A stretch of 64,000 bases of DNA. Source: Candidatus Kapaibacterium sp. GTDB lineage: Bacteria > Bacteroidota > Ignavibacteria > Palsa-1295. Where the stretch lies: positions 2,043 to 66,042 of the forward strand of contig JBBQGG010000008.1 of the NCBI GenBank assembly GCA_038322815.1, read 5' to 3'. Each line of letters opens with the position of its first letter. Within the stretch, counting starts at the first letter, position 1. Shown piece after piece: positions 31,881 to 42,235 of the stretch. Made by a program: the position numbers and the translations under genes. A model generated the notes under the pieces. The model ran no database searches. It was not told where the DNA came from and saw only the letters and a program-made list of their open reading frames with translations.

Positions 31881-33125
31881 CTATAAAATCCCACTCACAA
31901 TTTTTCCATTCTTCACAACTGCCACAATATCACTCACTCCGATATGATACGGCAGATATGATAAACTCGGAATATCATATAAAACGAAGTCCGCATACTT
32001 ACCTTTCTCGATCGAGCCATACATCTCCGCTCTGTCAATCGCTGCCGCTCCGTTAAGCGTAGCAGCAACAAGTGCTTCTTCCGGCGACATCTGCATTCCG
32101 ATCACTGCAAGCGAAATCGCTAGCTGCATATTCTCGCTCATCGAAGATCCCGGATTGCAATCGGTTGCGATGGCAACAGCACATCCTGCTTCGATCATAT
32201 TCCGCGCTGGAGCGTACGATGATCTGATACATAATGCCGTGATCGGCAAAAGTGTTGCAATCGTACGCTCACATTTAGAGAGCGCGGCAATTCCGGAAGT
32301 GTTTATTTTCAACAAATGATCGGCACTATAAGAGCCAAGTTTCGCAGCAAGCTCGGCTCCGCCAGTATCCGCAAGTTCATCGGCATGAAGTTTTATTTTG
32401 AGTCCTGCTTTTTTTGCAGCGTTGCAGATACGCTCTGTCTCATCAACAGTAAAATATCCTTCGTCGCAAAAAACATCACAGAATTCTGCAGCTTGTTCCT
32501 TAATGACCCGGGGCAATTGCTCGTTAATTAATTCTTCAATATATTCCGCTTTGGTTTTTTCTTTCGGCACGGCATGAGCGCCGAGCCATGTCTGCACGAT
32601 CTCCATTCCTGTTAATTCGACCACACGTTTTGCCGCATGTAAAAGTGCAAGTTCAGATTCAGTTGAAAGTCCGTAACCAGATTTAATTTCCATCGTCGTC
32701 GTCCCAAGCGACAAAGCATTTCGCACAAATTTTTGAGAGTACTCCGCGATCTCTTCGCTCGTTGAATTGCGAACGTGCTCTACACTTGAACGAATGCCGC
32801 CGCCAGTTGCCGCAATCTCCTGATAACTCCTGCCTTCGGCGCGCATACAGAACTCATTGCTTCGCTCACCAATGAAAACGGCATGGGTATGTGAATCAAC
32901 AAAACCCGGTAATGCAAGCAAACCTCGGCAATCAATTTCTTCTACCTCACCTTTGAACTGAGCAAATATCTCTTTTTCGGAGCCGCTATGTGTTATAATA
33001 CCTTCATCGCTTACGATGATTGAAGCATACTTGACCGTCACAATATTCTTGCGCATAGCATTGCCGCGCAACGCCTTTTTTCCGACTGGCGTGATGAGGG
33101 TTCCGATATTACGATAGATCTTCAT
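31881..33125 (-). CDS. hutI: Imidazolonepropionase
   Basis: PGFVDSHTH, EIKSGYGL, LGAHA, DVFCD, LHADEL, ATDCNPGS. Confidence 0.95.
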   Translation of the reverse strand: MKIYRNIGTLITPVGKKALRGNAMRKNIVTVKYASIIVSDEGIITHSGSEKEIFAQFKGEVEEIDCRGLLALPGFVDSHTHAVFIGERSNEFCMRAEGRSYQEIAATGGGIRSSVEHVRNSTSEEIAEYSQKFVRNALSLGTTTMEIKSGYGLSTESELALLHAAKRVVELTGMEIVQTWLGAHAVPKEKTKAEYIEELINEQLPRVIKEQAAEFCDVFCDEGYFTVDETERICNAAKKAGLKIKLHADELADTGGAELAAKLGSYSADHLLKINTSGIAALSKCERTIATLLPITALCIRSSYAPARNMIEAGCAVAIATDCNPGSSMSENMQLAISLAVIGMQMSPEEALVAATLNGAAAIDRAEMYGSIEKGKYADFVLYDIPSLSYLPYHIGVSDIVAVVKNGKIVSGIL

Positions 33126-33166
33126 GGATGCAAAAATATGGAATAATTAGAGCATTATTGTAGAAT

Positions 33167-33196
33167 GGCAGGCGTATGCTTTAGCCTGCGCCTACC
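33167..33196. repeat. GTAG-type REP-like unit
   Basis: GGCAGGCGTATGCTTTAGCCTGCGCCTACC between divergent hutI and mutS. Confidence 0.6.
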
Positions 33197-33217
33197 GGGA
33201 CGGTGTAAAAAATTCCG

Positions 33218-33225
33218 TAACTTTG
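33218..33225 (+). promoter_or_regulatory. -7 element (TAACTTTG) for mutS
   Basis: CCG-TAACTTTG, 25 nt before ATG 33251. Confidence 0.55.
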
Positions 33226-33250
33226 TCTGAATTGATGTGAGCACCTATTC

Positions 33251-35932
33251 ATGCCTAAAGAAGCAAAAAAACAAGAAGAAAAACAAACGCCGTTGATGAA
33301 GCAATATACTTCCATCAAGGCACGCTATCCGGATACGATCCTTTTTTTTCGGATGGGCGATTTCTTCGAGACATTCGGTGAAGATGCCGTCATCACTGCA
33401 AAAGTTACGGGCATTACTCTGACGAAACGTAACAACGGAGCAGCAGGAAATATCGAACTTGCCGGATTTCCTCATCATCAACTCGATAACTATCTTCCGA
33501 AAATGATTCGCGGCGGTTACCGAGTCGCCGTCTGCGAACAGCTTGAAGATCCGAAACTTGCAAAAGGAATTGTCCAGCGCGGAGTTGTAGAAGTTGTTAC
33601 ACCCGGCGTGACGATGAATGATAAATTATTAGAGACCGGACGCAATACCTACGTCGCGGCGATCATCTCAAGCGGCGGAGTTGCAGGTATTGCATATGCC
33701 GACGTTTCTACAGGCGAATTTATCGCAGGCGAAGTTGCCGAGTCTCACTTAGCTGAACATCTTTCATCTCTTGGTCTGCGTGAACTACTTGTATCGCGGC
33801 GCGATGCGCAGAAAGTTGAACTTGCTCCTTATATTCTTTCCCTCGAAAATAAACCGACGATCACCAAGCGCGAAGAATGGGCATTCAATCCTGAGACAGC
33901 ACGGAAATTATTGCTTGATCATTTCGAAACAAATTCATTAAAAGGTTTCGGCATTGACGAGCTATCGCTTGCCGTCACTGCTGCCGGTGCAGTGCTTGAT
34001 TATTTACGTGAGACACGTTCGGCAACAACTCTGCAGCATGTTACCCGTATTGCGCGCTTCGATACAAGCCAGACGCTGATCTTAGATCAGGCGACGCGGC
34101 GTAATCTTGAAATATTTTTTCCTATTTCCGATGACGGAAGTAACGCCTCACTTCTCGGAGTGCTCGATGAAACTTCAACGGCAATGGGGGCAAGACTTCT
34201 ACGCAAATGGCTTGCTATGCCGCTTCGGAATCAGCTGAAGATCGCTTCACGAGCAGATGCAGTTACGCTTCTTGTTGAAGCGCGTGAACAGCGCGAGCAG
34301 CTTCGATTACAGCTTCGCGAACTCGGTGATCTTGAGCGATTGACAGGACGATTTGCAAGTTCGCGCATTCTATCGCCGCGTGATTTTTTGATGCTGAAGT
34401 TTACGCTCTGGCGAATCCCTGATATAAAAGATCTACTGAAAATAATTTCTGAGTTCGCACCGGAAACACCAGAAGGAGCAAATACTTCTGCACTATTAAC
34501 AATGCTTTCGGTTGAACTGCGTCCCTTATCCGAGCTTGCTGAAAAAATTGATCGCACCATAAATCCCGAAGCGCCTGCAAATCCTGCAAATCTTTTAGTC
34601 ATCCGCGACGGAGCGAATGCTGAACTCGATGAACTGCGCGAACTCACTTCCACAAGCCGCGTCAAACTGGTTGAAGTGCAAACTCGCGAACGTGAACGAA
34701 CGGGTATATCATCGCTGAAAGTCGATTTTAATAATGTCTTTGGATATTATATTGAGATCTCGAATGCCAATAAATCAAAAGTCCCCGATGATTACCAGCG
34801 CAAGCAAACACTTGCTAATGCCGAGCGTTTCATTACTCCTGAATTAAAAGAGTACGAGCAAAAAATTCTCGGCGCTGAAGAACGCATGGCAACTCTTGAA
34901 ATTCAGATCGCTGCAGAACTCCGTGCGAAAGTAATTTCTGAGATTGAAAGTTTGCAGCATAACGGATCGCTTCTAGCAATTGCAGATGTCTTACTTTCGC
35001 TTGCAACTGTTGCTTCGCGCTCAGGATGGGTGAAGCCGGAATTTTCTACGAGCGGCGATCTTCTTATTGAAAGCGGAAGACACCCTGTCGTTGCGAAATC
35101 ACTTCCGATCGGCGAGCGATTCACTCCGAATACTGTCAGCTTCACAAGCGGTGATAAAGAATTTTATATCATCACCGGACCGAATATGTCCGGCAAATCC
35201 GTTTTCCTGCGACAGACAGGTATCATCGCACTTCTTGCGCATATCGGATCGTTCGTGCCGGCACAAAAATGTAGGCTGCCGCTGCTCGATAGAATTTTTA
35301 CTCGCGTCGGAGCCAGCGATAATCTTTCAAGCGGTGAATCTACATTTTTAGTTGAGATGAACGAAGCGGCGAATATTTTAAATAATGCAACGAAGAATTC
35401 ACTACTGCTTTTCGATGAACTTGGCAGAGGCACTTCAACCTTCGACGGGCTTTCGATAGCATGGGCAATTTCCGAGCATATTCACGATACCATTCCCGGT
35501 GCACGAACGCTTTTTGCAACGCATTACCATGAACTCAATGCCCTTGCAGATAGATTTCCGCGCATTCATAATTTAAAAGTCGAAGTCCGCGAAGCCGATG
35601 GTAAAGTGCATTTTCTGCATAAGATCACGCCAGGTTATGCCGATCATTCTTACGGAATCGAAGTTGCATCGATGGCAGGTATTCCCGGCGATGTGATCGC
35701 ACGTGCGCGCGAAATTCTGCATGAACTCGAAGAGACTGAACTCAAGATTGCCGAAACCGATATTCAGCGCTCGATTCCTTTTCCGATCAAAAGCAAAACC
35801 TCCATGCCCGCTCCGGAAGATCAGCACCTACCATCAAAAGAAGTCCTCGATGCCCTGCGTGATTTAGATGTAAACACACTTACACCAATGGAAGCACTGA
35901 AGAAATTGGCGGAGTGGAAGGGGAAAATATAA
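33251..35932 (+). CDS. mutS: DNA mismatch repair protein MutS
   Basis: TPLMKQY, FRMGDFFE, ITGPNMSGKS, GESTFLVEM, DELGRGTST, FATHYHEL. Confidence 0.98.
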   Translation: MPKEAKKQEEKQTPLMKQYTSIKARYPDTILFFRMGDFFETFGEDAVITAKVTGITLTKRNNGAAGNIELAGFPHHQLDNYLPKMIRGGYRVAVCEQLEDPKLAKGIVQRGVVEVVTPGVTMNDKLLETGRNTYVAAIISSGGVAGIAYADVSTGEFIAGEVAESHLAEHLSSLGLRELLVSRRDAQKVELAPYILSLENKPTITKREEWAFNPETARKLLLDHFETNSLKGFGIDELSLAVTAAGAVLDYLRETRSATTLQHVTRIARFDTSQTLILDQATRRNLEIFFPISDDGSNASLLGVLDETSTAMGARLLRKWLAMPLRNQLKIASRADAVTLLVEAREQREQLRLQLRELGDLERLTGRFASSRILSPRDFLMLKFTLWRIPDIKDLLKIISEFAPETPEGANTSALLTMLSVELRPLSELAEKIDRTINPEAPANPANLLVIRDGANAELDELRELTSTSRVKLVEVQTRERERTGISSLKVDFNNVFGYYIEISNANKSKVPDDYQRKQTLANAERFITPELKEYEQKILGAEERMATLEIQIAAELRAKVISEIESLQHNGSLLAIADVLLSLATVASRSGWVKPEFSTSGDLLIESGRHPVVAKSLPIGERFTPNTVSFTSGDKEFYIITGPNMSGKSVFLRQTGIIALLAHIGSFVPAQKCRLPLLDRIFTRVGASDNLSSGESTFLVEMNEAANILNNATKNSLLLFDELGRGTSTFDGLSIAWAISEHIHDTIPGARTLFATHYHELNALADRFPRIHNLKVEVREADGKVHFLHKITPGYADHSYGIEVASMAGIPGDVIARAREILHELEETELKIAETDIQRSIPFPIKSKTSMPAPEDQHLPSKEVLDALRDLDVNTLTPMEALKKLAEWKGKI

Positions 35933-36034
35933 AAGTTTTTTTATTTCTTCGAGAGGTGCTTCAGAATCGTCAAGAATTTTAAAGGAGTTACAGGGGGTTC
36001 AGAGGGAAATGATGAATGGGAAAAGAAGAGAGAC

Positions 36035-36058
36035 TGGCGGACTGAGAGTCCACCCTAC
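36035..36058. repeat. GTAG-type REP-like hairpin
   Basis: Minus strand reads GTAGGGTGGACTCTCAGTCCGCCA. Confidence 0.55.
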
Positions 36059-36070
36059 TGGACTATAGGA

Positions 36071-37501
36071 TTACTCCGCTTCTTCGGCTACCAGTTCTGT
36101 GGATTGCAGTCTGCGGGATGTGTCTTTGAGAGCTACCCATTTCTCGGAGAGATAGGGAATATATTCGCTGGCAGTGACGAATGTCCAGACGTAAGCAACA
36201 ATGGAATAAAGTTCGCCGATCGTGAAACGATCCAGATCGAGCGAGATATAAAGCGTTGTCATGAACATGAAAAGCAAGAGGACGCGCAATATCCCATAAC
36301 TCGCTGCTGAACGGTTCGAGAATTTCACTTCAAGCGCAGAGATATCAGTGTAGTATTGCTTGATAACGCGCGCATCTTTTGTTGCGAAGATATTATATTC
36401 CTGTTCATGCATATCATTGAGCATCACCTGGTACTTTCCGACGCTTCGCATATAAAAACGGCTTGCAACGACAACAAAGAGCACAAGTCCTGCGCCGACC
36501 GCTGCAACGCGCCAATCGAAAAATGCTAAGGCGATTATAGCACCGCCGACATTAATAAGCTGCTCGATGAATTCCGGAAGATTGTATTGGAAGAATTCGA
36601 TATTCTGCCATGCAAGCGAACTGCGTCCGGCGATCTTCGAAAGGTCTTCGCCTTGTTCAAGCTGCTGCGCTACTACTTCACCGGAGAGATCGGCAAACAT
36701 CCGGGTATAAATTCTTGTATCATATACCCTGCGAATACCCCCAACACATGAACTTACCACAAAAAGAATGATCCAGGGAATGAGCGGCGGAAGGAATGGT
36801 GCCAGATCTTTAGGTAATGAGAAAGCAACGGAGTCCTTTTTTTTACCTTTACCGATAACTTGCTTATGAGTATGTGGCTTTTTCTCGATCGCCGTTCGAA
36901 GCGAATCGCGGTTCGGAGTTTTTTTCTTTACGAGCGAAGTTTTACCGCTCTTAACAAGTTTATTGATCGAATCACGCTTATTCAGAATACGTCTCACTCG
37001 CTGCTGCAGATGACCCACTGGAGGATGATTGACCAGATCAGCCCGATCCTCCATATTCGTATCCGAGCGTTTAATCGTCTCGATCGATTTATCGAGGCTT
37101 TTTCTCAGCGAATCCCTTCGGGGATGCCTTTTGTGAAGCCCGTGAGGAGGCACTTGCTGCTGGCGAAACATAAACACAGCAGGAACAATGATCGAGGGTT
37201 CATGATGATTCTGAATCTGCTGCGGATGCAACAAAAGCGATTGGATAGAATCCTCACGCTCAGGCATGGTCTGCGAAAGCGAATCAAGAATATAATCGCG
37301 AACTGAATCGATCGCCTGCTGGATGATGGAGTTGGTAACGGAGGAATCTACTTCATTTTCGATGCGGTTCGTTTCGCGCAATTCATCGATCGCCTGTCCG
37401 AAAACATAAGGCTCCGCAATGAACGTTACGTTCTCGACAATTACGAGAGCGAACGCCATGAAGATCTGAAACCTATATTTTCTGAATAATATGCGAATCA
37501 T
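36071..37501 (-). CDS. ABC six-transmembrane-domain family protein with large hydrophilic insertion
   Basis: LVIVEN...P...G.AID, then after about 190 aa RRVYDTRIYTR...SKIAGRSSL....EFF...LP; no ATPase domain. Confidence 0.75.
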   Translation of the reverse strand: MIRILFRKYRFQIFMAFALVIVENVTFIAEPYVFGQAIDELRETNRIENEVDSSVTNSIIQQAIDSVRDYILDSLSQTMPEREDSIQSLLLHPQQIQNHHEPSIIVPAVFMFRQQQVPPHGLHKRHPRRDSLRKSLDKSIETIKRSDTNMEDRADLVNHPPVGHLQQRVRRILNKRDSINKLVKSGKTSLVKKKTPNRDSLRTAIEKKPHTHKQVIGKGKKKDSVAFSLPKDLAPFLPPLIPWIILFVVSSCVGGIRRVYDTRIYTRMFADLSGEVVAQQLEQGEDLSKIAGRSSLAWQNIEFFQYNLPEFIEQLINVGGAIIALAFFDWRVAAVGAGLVLFVVVASRFYMRSVGKYQVMLNDMHEQEYNIFATKDARVIKQYYTDISALEVKFSNRSAASYGILRVLLLFMFMTTLYISLDLDRFTIGELYSIVAYVWTFVTASEYIPYLSEKWVALKDTSRRLQSTELVAEEAE

Positions 37502-37527
37502 CGCAGGCTTTTATAAAATTTCGATTC

Positions 37528-37671
37528 TGTCATGGCGAGGAGTCGCACATTGTTTCACTCAGTGTAAACTCCATAACGACGAAGCATCCCCTCACGTAGT
37601 ATATAAATCCGAATGTCTGTATTACCTGAAGGGGATTGCTTCGTCGGACTTACGTCATCCTCGCAATGACA
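37528..37671. repeat. REP-like palindromic doublet
   Basis: TGTCATGGCGAGG...GACGAAGCATCCCCTCA...TGAAGGGGATTGCTTCGTC...CCTCGCAATGACA. Confidence 0.85.
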
Positions 37672-37675
37672 CATG

Positions 37676-39214
37676 TTAATTTTCAATTCTTAATATAAAT
37701 TCCGGATCTGAAATCAATTCTTTTACTTTTGCAATATCAATTGAGATATTACGGTCATCTTCCAAGAATGGAACAACGCTGCGCACCAGATGATATGCCG
37801 CGCCGCTACCCTTTCCCGGTTTTAACGGTTTTAAGAAATCAATGCCCTGTGTGGCGCAGAGTATTTCGATGGCAAGCACACCTTCGACGTTATCTATCAC
37901 TTGCTCTAATTTTAACGCAGCAACCGATCCCATGGAGTTATGATCTTCCTGATTAGCACTTGTCGGAATCGAATCAACACTTGCCGGATGCGAAAGTACT
38001 TTATTTTCGCTGACAAGCGACGCCGCTGTGTACTGCGCAATCATCAAGCCTGAATGCAATCCACCTTTCGGCGTCAAAAAGCGAGGCAAGCCGAAGGAAA
38101 GCGCACCATTGACAAGCCGTTCTGTTCGGCGCTCACTGATACTGGCAAGTTCACTGATCGCAATGGCAAGATAATCTAATGCAAGCGCAATAGGTTCGCC
38201 GTGAAAATTGCCACCTTCAAGATGAACACCGGTTCCATCGGCATTCGGAATGATAAGCGGATTATCAGTTGCAGAATTTATTTCTGTCGTTACAACCTTT
38301 TCTACAAAATTTATTGTGTCGCGCACTGCTCCGTGAACTTGCGGAATGCAGCGAAGCGAATAGGCATCTTGCACTCTTGTATCACCTTCAAGATGCGAAT
38401 TGCGAATTTCACTTTCATGAGTTAATTGCAGCATGTGTAATGCAACTTCCCGCTGACCGGGATGAGGACGTGCCTCGGAAAAATGCGGATCGAAAGCCTT
38501 ATCGGTCGCGCGCAATGCTTCAAAAGACATCGAAGCAGAGATATCGGCGATCACTGCAAGACGTTTTGCTTTATCAAGTGCCAGGCTGCCGATCGCCGAC
38601 ATCATCTGCGTGCCGTTGATTAGTGCAAGCCCTTCTTTTGCTTCAAGTCGAAGCGGAGTTACTTTGAAAGATTTCAAAGCGTCGGATGCATCTACAATTT
38701 TTCTTCTCTTATCGATATCAGGAATGCTGATCTTTCCTTCACCCGTCAGCGCCAATGCAAGATGCGCAAGCGGAGCAAGATCACCGGATGAACCTACACT
38801 TCCGCGGGAAGGAATGACAGGAAGAAGATCAAGCATTAAAAAAGTTAGAAGCTGCTCGATTACAATAGGTCGAACACCGGAATATCCTTTAGCCAAAGCA
38901 TTTGCCCTAAGCAAAAGCATAGCTCGGACAACTTCATCGCGAAGGGGTAGACCAACACCTGCCGAATGCGAGCGAAGTAAATTCTGCTGAAGCTCTTTTA
39001 TCTGCGCAATGGGAATTGAGACATTGGCAAATTCTCCAAACCCTGTCGTGATGCCATAGATCGTCTCACCGTTAGCAACCCACTCATCAACTAACCGGCG
39101 TGATGCTTCAACTCGCTTTAGCGCAGCAGAAGATAGAGAAAACTCTGTAAGCTCCCGTCTTGCCGTTTTTGCGACATGGGAGATAGTTAGTGAATTACCG
39201 TCGAGAGTTATCAA
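37676..39214 (-). CDS. hutH: Histidine ammonia-lyase
   Basis: IYGITTGFG, GSVGSSGDLAPL (MIO site), QDAYSLRC, GGNFHG, QEDHNSMG. Confidence 0.96.
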   Translation of the reverse strand: MITLDGNSLTISHVAKTARRELTEFSLSSAALKRVEASRRLVDEWVANGETIYGITTGFGEFANVSIPIAQIKELQQNLLRSHSAGVGLPLRDEVVRAMLLLRANALAKGYSGVRPIVIEQLLTFLMLDLLPVIPSRGSVGSSGDLAPLAHLALALTGEGKISIPDIDKRRKIVDASDALKSFKVTPLRLEAKEGLALINGTQMMSAIGSLALDKAKRLAVIADISASMSFEALRATDKAFDPHFSEARPHPGQREVALHMLQLTHESEIRNSHLEGDTRVQDAYSLRCIPQVHGAVRDTINFVEKVVTTEINSATDNPLIIPNADGTGVHLEGGNFHGEPIALALDYLAIAISELASISERRTERLVNGALSFGLPRFLTPKGGLHSGLMIAQYTAASLVSENKVLSHPASVDSIPTSANQEDHNSMGSVAALKLEQVIDNVEGVLAIEILCATQGIDFLKPLKPGKGSGAAYHLVRSVVPFLEDDRNISIDIAKVKELISDPEFILRIEN

Positions 39215-39242
39215 TTAAAAATAAAAAATGCAAATTTAAAAA

Positions 39243-39848
39243 TTATTTTTCAAAAGATTTCATCAGCATCTCAGTCCGTTCTTTACCCAACGCCCTTGCA
39301 ATTGGTAATTGAAGAAAATCCAAAAGTGGAATACGTTCTTTTTTGCCCCTCACTCTTCCACCTTCGCATTCATCTATTTCTTCATAAACAATATAGTAAG
39401 AATCTTCTTCGACTTCCGGATAAATCCTTATAGGAAAAAGATGGCAGGAGATCGGTTTTTCAAAGTTTTTTATTTCTCCATTTTTGAATGCTGCCTGAAT
39501 TGAACAGAGTGCTATATCACCCTCCCATCTCACAAAAATACACTCTTTTCCGTCGATAGTCGGAATACTGTATGTGCCATCAATTTCGTGTTTCCAAATA
39601 CCTTCACCTGCTATCACTTGAAGAGCTGCTTCGGGAAGATATTTTTTTACTGCAGGAAAGACTCGCTCCAATTCCGAGATTTCCGATTCTAATATCGGCG
39701 CACCACGCCCACCGGCCATTGTACAACATGCACCTTTACAAACCGATAGATCGCAGCCGAATTCTACATCACCAAGTTGTGCTTCGACTTCGAAGTACGC
39801 CGATGGCGGATAGATGGGCAATGCTATATGATCTGTGCTTTTATTCAT
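39243..39848 (-). CDS. DUF3109-like Cys-cluster protein
   Basis: CDLSVCKGACC..G..GAP, ECIF, KPISCHLFPIRI. Start set at ATG 39848 because the longer ORF begins inside a heptamer repeat. Confidence 0.85.
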   Translation of the reverse strand: MNKSTDHIALPIYPPSAYFEVEAQLGDVEFGCDLSVCKGACCTMAGGRGAPILESEISELERVFPAVKKYLPEAALQVIAGEGIWKHEIDGTYSIPTIDGKECIFVRWEGDIALCSIQAAFKNGEIKNFEKPISCHLFPIRIYPEVEEDSYYIVYEEIDECEGGRVRGKKERIPLLDFLQLPIARALGKERTEMLMKSFEK

Positions 39849-39857
39849 TTTTGAAAA

Positions 39858-39926
39858 AGGGTTTGGGGTATAGGGTTTCGGGTTTGGCGAAAACCCCAAA
39901 CCCTATACCCCACTCCCCCAAACCCT
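39858..39926. repeat. Palindromic heptamer array (RGGGTWT)4 / complement
   Basis: AGGGTTT GGGGTAT AGGGTTT CGGGTTT ... CCCCAAA CCCTATA CCCCACT CCCCCAAACCCT. Confidence 0.88.
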
Positions 39927-39929
39927 GGT

Positions 39930-40424
39930 TCAAATACTTCCTATCTTCGGCGGAAAAAGTGCAAGTAACTGTCCCCGCATTCTTGGTGAATCTATGCGAT
40001 GTATCTCGAACTTTGCGATCGCCGCCTTCTTCATTTCCATAACAGGCGTCGGACTTCCGAGTAATGCGCTTCCGAAAGACGAAAGATGCGGCTCATGCCC
40101 GACAAGCATAATGCGGCTATATTTTTTTGCGCATTTTGCAACAACTGACATCGTTTCGGTAACCTCAGACATCGGTGTCAACGAATCTGAAATTTCAAAT
40201 TTTGCCTCTTTAGCAAAATTCTCAAGAGCGATCTCCGCCGTTTGCTTTGCCCGAACATACGGACTTGAAATCACCAGTTCCGGCGGAAACAACTTCATCT
40301 TTTTTACTGCTTCAAGTGCCGCTCTTGTTTTTTCTCTACCTTCATCGGTAAGCTCCCTCTCGGCATCGCTTCCATGCGAACCATGATCTTCAGCAATGCC
40401 GTGTCGAAGAAGATAGAGAAGCAT
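39930..40424 (-). CDS. sixA: Phosphohistidine phosphatase SixA
   Basis: LYLLRHG.A, R.LT.EG, SSPYVRA.QTA, LVGHEP. Confidence 0.92.
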   Translation of the reverse strand: MLLYLLRHGIAEDHGSHGSDAERELTDEGREKTRAALEAVKKMKLFPPELVISSPYVRAKQTAEIALENFAKEAKFEISDSLTPMSEVTETMSVVAKCAKKYSRIMLVGHEPHLSSFGSALLGSPTPVMEMKKAAIAKFEIHRIDSPRMRGQLLALFPPKIGSI

Positions 40425-40426
40425 TA

Positions 40427-42190
40427 TTAAAAATTACCGGACATAGCAGCGTTTGCAGTCTTCTTCACACCGGAGCCTTTAACGATCCAATACCGAAGAT
40501 CAAAGCATGGTCGCTGAGTATAGAAATCAACATTCTCAAAACGCTTTGAATATGCCATGTAATTCGGTCCGGCGAACATGAAAGTCACGGGATTTTCATC
40601 AGCGAAAATTTGCTGGATCCGACTTGACATTTGTAATCGCTTTGACTTGTCAAATTCAGTACGAATATCCATGAGCAATCCATCTAACTCATCATTTTTG
40701 AATTGTACCCAGTTCGAGCCCTTATTCTTTGCCTGTGAAGAATGCCATAATTGAAAGATATCGTCTTCAGTTGCATTCCCAGCCCACGATCCATACGCAG
40801 CTTCATAGTTATGCGACTTTGTATTCTCCAAGAATACAGACCATTCCAGTGGAGTTACACCGGCTTCAATACCAGCTTTACGAAGTTTCTCCGAAATAAT
40901 AAGCAGTATCTGTTTACGAACATCATTGCCAGCATTTACCTGAAAGCTGAATTTAAACGGAGTCTTTTTCCCATCGATCACTTTATCCAGTATTCCATCA
41001 CCATCGGAATCAGTCCATCCAGCTTCTGAAAGAAGTTTTTTCGCTTCCTCAGTATTGTGTTGGACATGCTGAATCTTTGGATCATAATTGGGCTGTGTGA
41101 ACATGATCGGACCGTCATTTTTCTTTGTCAAGTCCTTGAGTACAGAATGAAGAATTTCATCGCGGTCAATGAGCATCGAAAGCGCACGGCGCACCCTTTT
41201 ATCTTTGAAAAGAGGGTTCTCATTATTCCAACCGATAAACGTATAGGCGTTATAGAAAAGAATTTGTTTATTCAAAAAGTTAATCTTCGTTGTATCGAGT
41301 TGGTTTACATATTGATCCGGTTTTAGAACGTCGATCAGATCTAATTCTTTCGATTTCAGCGCCGTCAATGCAGCATTCTGATCGTTAATTGTTTTGAAGA
41401 TGATCTCTTCGGGATATGATTCCTGCAAAGGTATTCCGATCGCCCAATAATTCGAATCTCTCTTGATTGTAATATGACTAAATGTTACCCATTCCTTAAA
41501 GACATAGGGGCCTGAACCGATCTGATATTTAGGATCCCTTCCGATCTCTGCCTTTTCAAACCAAAGTGCAAATTCCTTGACGGCAGGATTCTTTGTTTTT
41601 GGATCATGTAAGTCGGCCCAGGATTGCTGATCTGTTAAACTTTTTGGGTCCTGAATATGCTTCGGGAGAATAAGCACATAGCCTCCTCCCAAAACATTTT
41701 CCGCATCATAATAGGGTTTCGAAAGATGGAAAGCAACTTTACTTCTGTCGCCGCCGGGGTAATAAACACTGTCAAGAGTAGTAAAATAATTACGGATCTG
41801 TTGCGAGTTGATCACGAGAGGATTCAGAACAGCTTTGAAGGAAAAGATCACATCGTCACCGGTCAGTGGTTTCCCGTCAGACCAATGCGCCTTCGGATTC
41901 ATCGTGTAGATATATGTGAGGTGATCAAGAGAAACTTCTGGAAGACTTGCAAGCAATGGCATTAATTCTAATGTTTTCGGATGCTGAAAGTTAAGTGGCT
42001 CCCAAATTTTTTGCTGGACATACGATGCGTTTGCATCGGTGGATGTATACGGATTCAGGCGCTCAATATCAGAGAGCTGCCACCAGACGACATTATTTTT
42101 CACAGATCCAGCTTCGTCCTTTTTGCCGCATGCAACAAAGATGAACGTCATAGCAAGAGTAAGTGTAATTAGAGAGAGTGATTTTTTCAT
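40427..42190 (-). CDS. Peptide ABC transporter substrate-binding lipoprotein (family 5)
   Basis: FVAC lipobox; WSDGKPLTGDDV.FS, IGSGPY, F.DKRVRRAL, D.DGDG.LDK. Confidence 0.9.
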   Translation of the reverse strand: MKKSLSLITLTLAMTFIFVACGKKDEAGSVKNNVVWWQLSDIERLNPYTSTDANASYVQQKIWEPLNFQHPKTLELMPLLASLPEVSLDHLTYIYTMNPKAHWSDGKPLTGDDVIFSFKAVLNPLVINSQQIRNYFTTLDSVYYPGGDRSKVAFHLSKPYYDAENVLGGGYVLILPKHIQDPKSLTDQQSWADLHDPKTKNPAVKEFALWFEKAEIGRDPKYQIGSGPYVFKEWVTFSHITIKRDSNYWAIGIPLQESYPEEIIFKTINDQNAALTALKSKELDLIDVLKPDQYVNQLDTTKINFLNKQILFYNAYTFIGWNNENPLFKDKRVRRALSMLIDRDEILHSVLKDLTKKNDGPIMFTQPNYDPKIQHVQHNTEEAKKLLSEAGWTDSDGDGILDKVIDGKKTPFKFSFQVNAGNDVRKQILLIISEKLRKAGIEAGVTPLEWSVFLENTKSHNYEAAYGSWAGNATEDDIFQLWHSSQAKNKGSNWVQFKNDELDGLLMDIRTEFDKSKRLQMSSRIQQIFADENPVTFMFAGPNYMAYSKRFENVDFYTQRPCFDLRYWIVKGSGVKKTANAAMSGNF

Positions 42191-42235
42191 AGAAATAAAA
42201 TAAGTGAAAAAAAATTACTTAAACTGTCCTGTATA

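Noticed and set aside
39849-39899. PNPKPYTPNP N-terminal extension of the DUF3109-like ORF
   Set aside because: It is a translation of the heptamer repeat, not protein.
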